Position numbers and translations under genes: made by a program
NCBI RefSeq assembly: GCF_049667265.1
Contig: NZ_JBATHX010000164.1
Location: 1 to 47,790 of the forward strand
Origin: Algibacter sp.
GTDB taxonomy: Bacteria > Bacteroidota > Bacteroidia > Flavobacteriales > Flavobacteriaceae
Direction: 5' to 3'
Length of the DNA stretch: 47,790 nt
The notes under the pieces: model-generated
What the model was told of the DNA's origin: nothing
The model's database searches: none
The model's input: only the letters and a program-made list of their open reading frames with translations
Part shown: piece by piece, positions 8,673 through 17,634 of the stretch
Layout: each line of letters starts with the position of its first letter
Position numbering within the stretch: the first letter of the stretch is position 1

Positions 8673-10250
8673 TCAATTACCAATATGACTATTTAAGTAT
8701 TTTCTATACTTACCAGGAATTTTATTAATAGCTTTTATCTCAATATTTTTATAATAGGCTTCAGCGGCTTCCGATTGAATTTGAATGCGTCCTTTTTGAA
8801 GTGGTACAATTTGTCCATCTAAATTTTTATGTCTTGAATTAAACAAGGCCATAACAACCTTACCGTTAACAATATGCAAACTGGTACCTTCAAAACAAAT
8901 CAACTCTAAAGTGTTCCATTCGCCATGTGGGTTTTCATTATCAAAGCCTTTGTTGCAATGGGCAGGGAACTTTCTTTCAACACTTGAAAAAGTGTTGAGT
9001 TCACCATCATTTAAATAATCAAATTCTTTTTCTCCTTCTTTTTTAATAGACGGAATATCAATCAAGGTTCCTGCTAAGGCATAGTAATCTCCCATATCGC
9101 TTTCTTGAACCTGAAATTCTTGTGATTGCATCCAAACATTCCAAAATTTCCCATGTGGTCCAGTGCAATGATACAAAAGGCCATTATCTCTTTCACGCAG
9201 CAGCCTAGGTTCCCAAATTTTTTCTCCCCATTTAAATTGAAGTTTTAAATGATAGTTTTCATATTCTTTTTTTGAAGTTAAAGCACCATAAATTTCACCA
9301 GATATATGAAGTGTTTGTTCGCCTTCGATAGTTTTAAAATTAAAAACCTTCTTAGGGTCATTGTTAAGACCTAGTGGTTTTGAGTTTTTACCATCACTTT
9401 CCGGGTCTACACCTTCTAAATCTGTAACTGTAGCATGAGGTGCACCTATAAAAACATCCCAATTTTTATAAGGATCACCATCCATTAAATTAGTCCATTT
9501 TTTTGATAATTTAGCTGCATCTTTTAAACCGGAGGCCCATAAAATAGCACCTTCAATATGATTATTATATCTAGGATCCTTATAAATTTCATTGGTATGA
9601 CCTAAGCCCGTATAAAAAACACGACCGCCATCATAAATATGATACCAACTTATAGGATGATTATTGGTGTTCATTTTTTTGCCCTCGTAGGAAGTTTCAT
9701 CTAGTGAAGCCAAAACAGTTACATGTTTACCTACAGGCTTCAGAAAATTATACCATTCATCCCTAAAAACCTCTTCATTGTTGAGTCCTTTTATAGCAGG
9801 ATGTTCGCAATCCGTATTAATATTTAGCGTTGCTGGTTGTACTTTAGGATGGTTTTTAAAAGTAGCTCCAATCATTTCTGTAAACCAATCCCATTGCTTT
9901 TCAGTATCAGAGGCAGCGTGTATACCTACAAACCCTTTACCTCTTGCAAAATAATTTTGTAGTGCCAATTTTTGATCTTCAGAGAAAATATTACCAGAAG
10001 TGTTTAGAAATACTAAAACATCATATTTGGAAAGGTTGGGAATATTAAAATCATCCGAATCTTCAGAAAAGTGTATGTTCCAATTATTTTTTACCGCCAT
10101 ATTAGATAAAAATTCTATACCAGTTGGGATAGATTTATGTCTAAAAGCTTCTGTTTTTGAAAATACTAAAATATTTATTGCGCTTTCTTGAGCAAGCACG
10201 ATATTGGTATTTAAAAATGCTATAAATACTATAAAAGCGAGTCTATTCAT
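8673..10250 (-). CDS. ThuA-like domain fused to DUF1080 domain, secreted
   Basis: N-half ILVFSKTEAFRHKSI, GFVGIHAASDT, DEWYNF, GRVFYTGLGH (ThuA). C-half YENYHLKLQFKWG, EFQVQE, GEWNTLEL, GRIQIQSEAAE (DUF1080). Signal peptide. Confidence 0.9.
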   Translation of the reverse strand: MNRLAFIVFIAFLNTNIVLAQESAINILVFSKTEAFRHKSIPTGIEFLSNMAVKNNWNIHFSEDSDDFNIPNLSKYDVLVFLNTSGNIFSEDQKLALQNYFARGKGFVGIHAASDTEKQWDWFTEMIGATFKNHPKVQPATLNINTDCEHPAIKGLNNEEVFRDEWYNFLKPVGKHVTVLASLDETSYEGKKMNTNNHPISWYHIYDGGRVFYTGLGHTNEIYKDPRYNNHIEGAILWASGLKDAAKLSKKWTNLMDGDPYKNWDVFIGAPHATVTDLEGVDPESDGKNSKPLGLNNDPKKVFNFKTIEGEQTLHISGEIYGALTSKKEYENYHLKLQFKWGEKIWEPRLLRERDNGLLYHCTGPHGKFWNVWMQSQEFQVQESDMGDYYALAGTLIDIPSIKKEGEKEFDYLNDGELNTFSSVERKFPAHCNKGFDNENPHGEWNTLELICFEGTSLHIVNGKVVMALFNSRHKNLDGQIVPLQKGRIQIQSEAAEAYYKNIEIKAINKIPGKYRKYLNSHIGN

Positions 10251-10258
10251 GTCAAATA

Positions 10259-11128
10259 TTATTTTTTAACCTTGATTTCTGGGTTCTTAGTAATATAGTT
10301 TAAAAGCATGTTTTGTACATCTTCAATATCACCTTGTTTTAATCCGTTATTAACGTTAGCTCCTGTGATCCAATAAAGTACCATTCCAGCATCAGAGCAG
10401 TCCCATTTTCCTTTTTGAAATTTAACGATATTATCAACTTCAGCTATTTTTCCAATAGTCCAAATGAGCTGTATTCTAGGGTCTGAATGGTTTTTGGCCC
10501 AATCCCATTTTTCAATATCAACTTTTAAATTAATATTTTGGTCTGGTATACGAACTTCTTCAATGCCAAAGTCTAATATTTGCTGCCATGTATAAAAATC
10601 TCCAGCATTATCATTGGCAGGATGATGCGTAATAACTTTTATAAATTTGTGTTTTTCTGTAGGGGTCTTTTTTAATGCCATACCAATAATATCAGGTTCT
10701 CCGGCTTCAATTATCCATAAAGGGTCATTGGCTGTAGAAGCGTTTATAGCCCAACATAAGTCGTTGATGGTTGCTTCTTTTTGCCATATAGCATCGTAAA
10801 AGGTTAAATTATCAAAACCACCCCAGCGTCTCGCGGTCATATCACAAGCAACTTGCATTAAATGGTGGCGCTCTTTTTCAGCTTTTTCAGATATGCGATC
10901 ATCTCTTACCAAATCACAACTATGAGAATAGTGTACTAATCTATCTTCTAAACCAGCTGATCTTATTAAAGCAATGGTAATAGCAGTTCCTCCTAAATCA
11001 TCAGGGTCTGGAGAGTTTCCGTCTGCTACTATGGCTATTCTACCTTTCGGAGCGTTTACTTTTTGGGCAAATGTGAAAAAAGAAATTAATGAGAAGGTTA
11101 ATAGTATTAATAAGGTTTTAGTTTTCAT
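10259..11128 (-). CDS. Secreted hypothetical protein, nucleoside-hydrolase-like fold suspected
   Basis: Signal peptide ending TFAQ. N-terminal RIAIVADGNSPDPDDLGG acidic motif, PLWIIEAG, and C-terminal DCSDAGMVLYWITG. Confidence 0.8.
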   Translation of the reverse strand: MKTKTLLILLTFSLISFFTFAQKVNAPKGRIAIVADGNSPDPDDLGGTAITIALIRSAGLEDRLVHYSHSCDLVRDDRISEKAEKERHHLMQVACDMTARRWGGFDNLTFYDAIWQKEATINDLCWAINASTANDPLWIIEAGEPDIIGMALKKTPTEKHKFIKVITHHPANDNAGDFYTWQQILDFGIEEVRIPDQNINLKVDIEKWDWAKNHSDPRIQLIWTIGKIAEVDNIVKFQKGKWDCSDAGMVLYWITGANVNNGLKQGDIEDVQNMLLNYITKNPEIKVKK

Positions 11129-11201
11129 TTTAGAATTCAGTTTATAAATTTTTTCAAAATGCGAAATATTACTTGATAGAATGTTTAGTCAGTATTTGTT
11201 T

Positions 11202-12515
11202 TTAGTTTTGATAATAAGTAGATGCCGCATTTTGAATAGTTTCTCCCTGCCCAACAGGAGCAAAAATAATTCCTGCCCATCGGCCTCTGGTCCATTCTTC
11301 GCCGTCACTACCTACTTTTGCTTTTACAGTAATTTTATTTCCTTTTTTTATGGATACATTCTTCCATAGTGCGTTATATTTTTTGCCTTCCTCGAATAGT
11401 CTTTCGGTTAATTCAGGCGAATAACTTCCAATTTCAATATCATTTATAGAAATAGTAAAGGTAGATTTTCCATCATTTTCGCCTATACCCACAAAAACAA
11501 CATCATAATTTCCCGATTCAAAATTAAAATTTGTTGTTGAGGTTGCTTCTTTATTTTTTTCTGGGTTAATCGCCAACCAATTCTTTCCATTTTTGTAGAA
11601 GTTTGTATCTTCTACAGGAAATTCTTGGGCGGCAATATATCTATTTTCAGGTAAAGCCATTGAAATAGTTTTGAAATAGGATGGCATTTTTACCTCAGGA
11701 AATGATGCTGGCAGTTTACCTTGAGCTAAAACTACTTTTGGACCCTTTTCAACAGGAATGAAGTTTATATTATTAGTTAAAATGAATTTATCAAATTCAA
11801 AACCATCTTCGCGCATGCTAAATTGAATCGTGTGAATTCCAGCTTTGGTAATGTCTAAATATATTTTATGTGGCACACCGCAATGAATTTCTTTCGTTCG
11901 TTGTTTACTGTCCCAAGTCCATTGCTTTTTACCTTTACACCATTGCATGCGCTGTCCGTGTTCTGGCCATGTATCATTTAAGCCAACATGCAAACCATTA
12001 TCTTCTGCACCTGTGCTAAAAGCACGCACCCAAACATAATAACGCCCAGGAGTATTAAATTTTATGTTATAATCTAAAACAGCCATTTTACCAGGTGTAT
12101 TTGAGAAATTCTCACCATGTACTAATTTATCAGAGTGCGTTACACGTGTATCAGGCAGTATTTCAAGATAGGCATTATTACTAGCGTCATAGCAATGCGC
12201 TTTATCTTCATCTCTACCAATTATAGGTAATTCATCTTTTGAAGTTCGATACCATTGCCTTATATCGGTAGAAGTTTGTTTATGGAAAAATTCTGCCTCA
12301 ACAGAAACAATTCCATTTTGTTCTTCAAAAATTACAGTTTTATCAATAATTGGTAAACTTAATTTTTTTTCCTGTGCCAATAGGATAGTACTGTTAAATA
12401 GTAGAACGATTAAAATGTTAAAAAAAAGTTTGTTTTTTTCATCTGGTCTAATTTGCAACATGCGAGTTTTAATTTTAGCAATTTGGAATGTAATTATCTT
12501 TTTTAAAAGTAACAT
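11202..12515 (-). CDS. Secreted hypothetical protein with two CBM-like beta-sandwich domains; real start probably downstream of 12515 (12461, or 12442 with an indel)
   Basis: FEEQNGIVSVEAE...FNTPGRYYVWVR...MREDGFEFDKFIL domain, paralogous to 1672-2622. The ORF-finder ATG at 12515 lies inside the predicted promoter. Confidence 0.8.
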   Translation of the reverse strand: MLLLKKIITFQIAKIKTRMLQIRPDEKNKLFFNILIVLLFNSTILLAQEKKLSLPIIDKTVIFEEQNGIVSVEAEFFHKQTSTDIRQWYRTSKDELPIIGRDEDKAHCYDASNNAYLEILPDTRVTHSDKLVHGENFSNTPGKMAVLDYNIKFNTPGRYYVWVRAFSTGAEDNGLHVGLNDTWPEHGQRMQWCKGKKQWTWDSKQRTKEIHCGVPHKIYLDITKAGIHTIQFSMREDGFEFDKFILTNNINFIPVEKGPKVVLAQGKLPASFPEVKMPSYFKTISMALPENRYIAAQEFPVEDTNFYKNGKNWLAINPEKNKEATSTTNFNFESGNYDVVFVGIGENDGKSTFTISINDIEIGSYSPELTERLFEEGKKYNALWKNVSIKKGNKITVKAKVGSDGEEWTRGRWAGIIFAPVGQGETIQNAASTYYQN

Positions 12516-12548
12516 CTAGAGTTTAGTAAAGTAACCCGTACTGTCCTG
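12504..12548 (-). promoter_or_regulatory. PUL regulon promoter for the 11202/10259/8673 operon
   Basis: Minus strand reads CAGGACAG-ta-CGGGTTAC-N19-TACTTTTA. Confidence 0.6.
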
Positions 12549-12711
12549 TTGTAAAATTAAATTAGGTATGATACATGTGAAGCTTTTTATATTGTTAAGT
12601 TAATTATATGTGTTTTTTCTTATACATAATTAAAAAATAAAACCTCCAAAAATAATGAATTTATATCTAGTTTTTAAGTTAAAACCTAGCAAAAAGATTG
12701 AAATTACAGCA

Positions 12712-12765
12712 CAGAACATAACAGGTACTGCAGGATACTCAATAAAAATTTAAGAAATATTTTAG
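12712..12765 (+). promoter_or_regulatory. PUL regulon promoter for susC/susD
   Basis: CAGAACAT (12712), CAGGTACT (12722), CAGGATAC (12731-12738), then N19 and TATTTTAG (12758-12765). Confidence 0.7.
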
Positions 12766-12794
12766 GAATCTAATAATAAATTCAACTAAAATTT

Positions 12795-15700
12795 ATGAAA
12801 TTAAAAACTAAATTAAAAATGCTTTCGGATTTTAGGAAAGTTTGGATGTGTGCAATTTTGGCGTTGTCTTGTATGGCAATGACAAATGCACAAACGGTAT
12901 CAGGTACCGTAACAGCAGACGGTCAACCTTTACCTGGGGCGACTGTTATTGTTAAAGGAACAACCAAAGGAACAACTACAGATTTTGATGGAAATTTCTC
13001 TATTAATGCAGAAGCTTCCAATACTCTATCTATTTCTTATGTTGGCTATTCTTCAAAAGAAGTTTTAGTTGGTAATCAAACACAAATTAATGTTTCTCTA
13101 GAAGAAGATAACAAACTTGACGAAGTAGTTATTATTGGTTATGGTACACAACGAAAATCAGACTTAACAGGTTCAGTGTCTTCGGTAAGTGCTGAAGATA
13201 TAACAGCTGTTCCTGTAGCTAGGGTAGATCAAGCTCTACAAGGTAGAGCCGCAGGGGTGCAAGTAACACAAACAAGTGGTGCTCCTGGTGCAGGTACATC
13301 CATTAGAGTAAGAGGTGGTAATTCCATTACAGGAAGTAATCAGCCACTTTGGGTTATTGATGGTATTATCGTTGGAACAAATTTCAATTTAAATAATATT
13401 AATTCCAATGACATTAAATCTATCGAGATTTTGAAAGATGCATCCTCAATTGCTATTTATGGTTCTAGAGGTGCTAACGGTGTTATATTGGTAACTACAA
13501 AAAATGGTGCAAATATTGGTGGGGGTAAGCCACAGGTAAATGTAGGTGTTTATACAAGTATGCAATTAGTGCCAGAGCGACCAAAGTATTTAAGTCAAGC
13601 TGAGCAAATAGCCTATACTAATGAAGATGCCCGTTTCAGAGGGGTTGCAGAGCCTTTTCCTGGAAATCCATCGGATTATCCAGATAATGATTTTTTCGAC
13701 CTTTTATTAAATCCAACACCTATATATAATGCTGATGTATCTATTGCAGGGGCTTCTGAAAATGGAAATGTAAATTATTACAACTCGCTTAATTTTTTCG
13801 ATCAGGATGGTTTAATAGAAAATTCTGGTATTAAGAAATTTATTTTCAGGTCTAATATAGAATTTAAATTAAGTGATAAGTTAAAATCTGGATTTAGAGT
13901 AAATTATTCTAGATTAAATCAAAAAAACGGTGTTGTAGGCTATGGAGGGCTTTTAAATATTCTTCCTACGCAACCTGTTTTTAATGATGATGGAACTTAT
14001 AGTGGGTTTAATGATGTTATTGGGGCACCATTTAATAATCCAGTAGCTACTGCTAAACTTGATACAGACCAAACAACAACAAGTAACATGTTAGGTACAA
14101 TTTACTTGGAGTATAGCCCAATTGAGAATTTAATTATTCGTTCTACTTTTAATCCAGAAATAAACAATTGGAAAAGAAATGAATTTACTTCAAGTCAACG
14201 ACCTGATCTTACTGTAGTTGGAGAAACAGGAAATGCGAGGTTAACAGGTTTGTCATCTTTTGGATGGAACAACGAAAATACCATTCAGTACACCAAAGAT
14301 TTTGGAAAAGACCACAGTGTTACAGTGCTTGGAGGGCTATCTTTTCAAAAAACAAGTTTTGAGAGTTTTGAAAATCAAGCTTTTGGAATTACAACAGATG
14401 CCACTAGTTTTAATAACCTAGCATTAGGAACAGATCCAACAAGAAATATAGTTGGTAGTGATTTTGAGAGTAATCAAATTGAGTCTCTTTTTGGAAGAAT
14501 TAATTATTCATATAAAGATAAATACCTTTTAACTTTAGTAGGTAGACGTGATGGTAGTTCGGTTTTCGCGCCAGGAAATAAATATAATTTCTTTCCATCA
14601 GTAGCTGGTGCTTGGAAAATTTCTGAAGAAGCATTTATGGAAAATCAAAATGTTTTTCAAGATTTAAAGCTAAGAGCTAGTTGGGGTAAATCGGGTAATC
14701 AAGCCATAGATCCTTATAGTACACTTTCTTTATATGAAGAAGCAAACACCACCCTTAATGGAGTGCAACAACCAGGAGTAACACTTGGTAGACCAGCAAA
14801 TCCAGATTTAATATGGGAAACCACAAGTTCTTTTGATATCGCTTTGGAGGCTTCATTGTTTAGAGGTAAAGTATTTGCTGAATTTAATTACTATAGAAAA
14901 CAGACAAACGATATATTACTTGATGTAGCAATACCAAGACAAACAGGTTTTACTAGTCAATTACAAAATGTAGGATCTTTAGAAAATAAAGGTTGGGAGT
15001 TTTTAGTAAATTCTACCAATATTAGTAATGCTAATTTTAGATGGAATACAACTTTAACCTTATCTTCTAATAAAAACAAGGTACTTGATTTAGGTGGACA
15101 AGAGTTTATTGATGTAGTTGTAGATCAAATTGTGGGTGCTGGTAATTTGCGTCTCATTGTTGGTGAATCAGCGCCTGTATTTACAGGTGCAAACTATTTG
15201 GGGACATGGAAAAGTCAAGCAGAGATTGATGCATCTGGATTAAACCCTGGATCACAAATAGTTGGAGGGCCTAGATTTGAGAATTTAAACGGGGATACTA
15301 CTATATCAAATGAAGATTATGTGGTTTTAGGTAGCCCATTTCCAGATTTAATTTATGGATTTGAAAATAACTTTTCTTATAAGAATTTTGATCTTAATAT
15401 TTACTTTCAAGGTACTGTGGGTAATGAGGTTTATAATTTAAGAACTCGTGGGAATTTCTGGACTCGTGGTGAAAATCCTAAGTTTAGTGAAATAGCAGAT
15501 CGTTGGACGCCAGATAATCAAACCTCTGATATTCCAAGAGCAGGACATGATGGTTTTTCTAATGTAGTTCCAAGCTCTTATGATGTAGAAGATGGATCAC
15601 ACTTAAGATTAAAAACAGCAACATTAACATATAACTTTCCAGTTGATAAAATTGGTTTAAAAGGTATAAAAGCAATGTCTATTTATGCTTCAGGAACTAA

Positions 15701-15848
15701 TTTGCTTTTAATCTCAGATTTTAAATTGATAGACCCTGAAACTAGTAGGTTTGGAAATGATGGATTAGGTAATATAGCTCAAGGTTTTTCTAACGGAGAA
15801 TATCCTAATGCCCAAGTTTTAACCCTAGGAGTTAACGTAACTTTTTAA
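12795..15848 (+). CDS. susC: SusC/RagA family TonB-dependent transporter
   Basis: N-terminal GQPLPGATVIVKGT, VVIIGYGTQRK, plug motifs IRVRGGNSI and ILKDASSIAIYGSRGANGVILVTTK, C-terminal LGVNVTF. Confidence 0.97.
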   Translation: MKLKTKLKMLSDFRKVWMCAILALSCMAMTNAQTVSGTVTADGQPLPGATVIVKGTTKGTTTDFDGNFSINAEASNTLSISYVGYSSKEVLVGNQTQINVSLEEDNKLDEVVIIGYGTQRKSDLTGSVSSVSAEDITAVPVARVDQALQGRAAGVQVTQTSGAPGAGTSIRVRGGNSITGSNQPLWVIDGIIVGTNFNLNNINSNDIKSIEILKDASSIAIYGSRGANGVILVTTKNGANIGGGKPQVNVGVYTSMQLVPERPKYLSQAEQIAYTNEDARFRGVAEPFPGNPSDYPDNDFFDLLLNPTPIYNADVSIAGASENGNVNYYNSLNFFDQDGLIENSGIKKFIFRSNIEFKLSDKLKSGFRVNYSRLNQKNGVVGYGGLLNILPTQPVFNDDGTYSGFNDVIGAPFNNPVATAKLDTDQTTTSNMLGTIYLEYSPIENLIIRSTFNPEINNWKRNEFTSSQRPDLTVVGETGNARLTGLSSFGWNNENTIQYTKDFGKDHSVTVLGGLSFQKTSFESFENQAFGITTDATSFNNLALGTDPTRNIVGSDFESNQIESLFGRINYSYKDKYLLTLVGRRDGSSVFAPGNKYNFFPSVAGAWKISEEAFMENQNVFQDLKLRASWGKSGNQAIDPYSTLSLYEEANTTLNGVQQPGVTLGRPANPDLIWETTSSFDIALEASLFRGKVFAEFNYYRKQTNDILLDVAIPRQTGFTSQLQNVGSLENKGWEFLVNSTNISNANFRWNTTLTLSSNKNKVLDLGGQEFIDVVVDQIVGAGNLRLIVGESAPVFTGANYLGTWKSQAEIDASGLNPGSQIVGGPRFENLNGDTTISNEDYVVLGSPFPDLIYGFENNFSYKNFDLNIYFQGTVGNEVYNLRTRGNFWTRGENPKFSEIADRWTPDNQTSDIPRAGHDGFSNVVPSSYDVEDGSHLRLKTATLTYNFPVDKIGLKGIKAMSIYASGTNLLLISDFKLIDPETSRFGNDGLGNIAQGFSNGEYPNAQVLTLGVNVTF

Positions 15849-15859
15849 AAAACATACTT

Positions 15860-17461
15860 ATGAAAACAATAATAAAAAACAAATATTTATACATCTTCTT
15901 TATAATGTTCGCATGCTATAGTTGTGAGAACTTTTTAGAAGAAGATCCGCGTAGCATTATTGCACCAGAAAATTTCTTTGCTACAGAGTCGGATGCAAGA
16001 CAAGCTATTACAGGTGTATATGCCATATACAAAAATAATTCGATGTATGGGCAAGTAGGGTTAGATACCTTTTACGAGAATGGAGCCGATACCGTTGAGC
16101 CAAACCGTCCTGGATTAGTAAACCCTATAGGGAGTTATTCGCTTGACGAAGCTATTGCCGATGAATCTGGTCAGAGAATGAGTGTGTCTGATACTTGGAA
16201 AGATGCCTATAAAATCGTTTTAAACTCTAATATTATTATTGATAGGGTAACAGGTAACAATGCTATTTCGGCAGCAGCCCAAACAGATATTATTGCAGAA
16301 GCTAGATTTCTACGTGGTTTAGCGTATTGGAATATTACCAATCTTTGGGGAGATGCTCCGTATTATACTGAAAATCTCAAAATTAACGAAATAAGAGAAT
16401 TAGGTAGAACACCAAAAGCAACAATCATTGAGGGGGTATTAGACGATTTACAATTCGCTCAGGATAACCTTCAATCTTCTTATCCAGAAGATGAGAGAGG
16501 GAGAGCTTCAAAATGGGCCGCAGCTGTAGTTATGGCAAAAACTTACATGGAGCAAAAACAATGGCAAAAAGGTTTAGATAAATGCCTTGAGATAATAAAT
16601 GAGTCTGGACATCAAATGCAGCCAACCTTTGAAGCAGTTTTTGATCTGTCAAATGAATATAATTCAGAGATTATTTGGTCTTTAGACTTTGCAAAGGATA
16701 TTAGAGGACAGTATGAAGAAGGTTTGGTTGATCAAGCTGGTGGTACTTTGAATCCAGCTTGGGGTAATGGTAATTGGAGGCCATCTATGTTTTGCCCTCG
16801 GTTAAGAGATGAACCTTTAAATGCTGCTGATAGATCAGCTTTGGGAGCCGCCTTGGCTGATAGGGGAGAATACTTTAATGGAACGGGATTACAAGTAGCA
16901 GGAAAGGATTTTGCAGAAAAGTTTCCAATGAACGATTTGCGACGACCTTATAACGTATTACAAAACTATTTAGGCTTTGATTTAGTGTTCCCATATATGC
17001 CAAAATTATGGAACTTATCAATTGAGAACTCACCACGTTTTAACCATGCAGACAATAGATTGGTTTTCCGTTTAGCCGACGTGAAATTAATGGCAGCCGA
17101 ATGTGAGAACGAACGTCCAGGAGGTAATCCAACTACTGCGTATGAGTATATTAAGGAAGTAAGAGAACGTTCGTATGCTACCATAGGAGAAGCAGAAGCT
17201 ATTAAAGGTCTTAGTCAGGTAGATTTTAGACAAGCTATTTACGATGAGCGTAAATGGGAATTAGCAGGAGAAGGTTTTAGAAGATATGATTTAATTAGAT
17301 GGGGCATTTTATTGGATGTTATGCGAAATATAGAATATCGTTTTTGGAATCCAGCAGCGAACATACAAGATTATCATGTTCTATTACCAATTCCATTAAG
17401 CGAGTTACAATTAAATCCTAATTTATTGACTTCAGATCCAACAAATAATGGATATAGATAA
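15860..17461 (+). CDS. susD: SusD/RagB family glycan-binding lipoprotein
   Basis: Lipobox YSC. EARFLRGLAY, FRLADVKLMAAE, ERKWELAGEGFRRYDLIRWG, LPIP...NNGY. Directly follows susC. Confidence 0.97.
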   Translation: MKTIIKNKYLYIFFIMFACYSCENFLEEDPRSIIAPENFFATESDARQAITGVYAIYKNNSMYGQVGLDTFYENGADTVEPNRPGLVNPIGSYSLDEAIADESGQRMSVSDTWKDAYKIVLNSNIIIDRVTGNNAISAAAQTDIIAEARFLRGLAYWNITNLWGDAPYYTENLKINEIRELGRTPKATIIEGVLDDLQFAQDNLQSSYPEDERGRASKWAAAVVMAKTYMEQKQWQKGLDKCLEIINESGHQMQPTFEAVFDLSNEYNSEIIWSLDFAKDIRGQYEEGLVDQAGGTLNPAWGNGNWRPSMFCPRLRDEPLNAADRSALGAALADRGEYFNGTGLQVAGKDFAEKFPMNDLRRPYNVLQNYLGFDLVFPYMPKLWNLSIENSPRFNHADNRLVFRLADVKLMAAECENERPGGNPTTAYEYIKEVRERSYATIGEAEAIKGLSQVDFRQAIYDERKWELAGEGFRRYDLIRWGILLDVMRNIEYRFWNPAANIQDYHVLLPIPLSELQLNPNLLTSDPTNNGYR

Positions 17462-17492
17462 TAGTTTGTTTTAGTAATTAGTTTATTTTATT

Positions 17493-17526
17493 AAAAACCG
17501 AAAGACATTTGACTTTCGGTTTTTTT
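17493..17526 (+). terminator. Intrinsic terminator after susD
   Basis: AAAAACCGAAAG-acatttga-CTTTCGGTTTTT followed by a T-tract. Confidence 0.85.
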
Positions 17527-17569
17527 GTTTTGTTTAGAAAATATTATAGGTAGAATCTATTAATAGGTA

Positions 17570-17614
17570 CATCATAGTGCAGGACACAATACTTAAATGT
17601 TAATATTATATTTG
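17570..17614 (+). promoter_or_regulatory. PUL regulon promoter for GH5-GH3
   Basis: CATCATAG-tg-CAGGACAC (17580-17587)-N19-TATATTTG (17607-17614, perfect TAnnTTTG). Confidence 0.75.
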
Positions 17615-17634
17615 AGTATTATACAAAATAATCT

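Noticed and set aside
8470..8676. 68-aa minus-strand ORF overlapping the ThuA-DUF1080 stop
   Set aside because: Its distal half is the antisense reading of the structured repeat.
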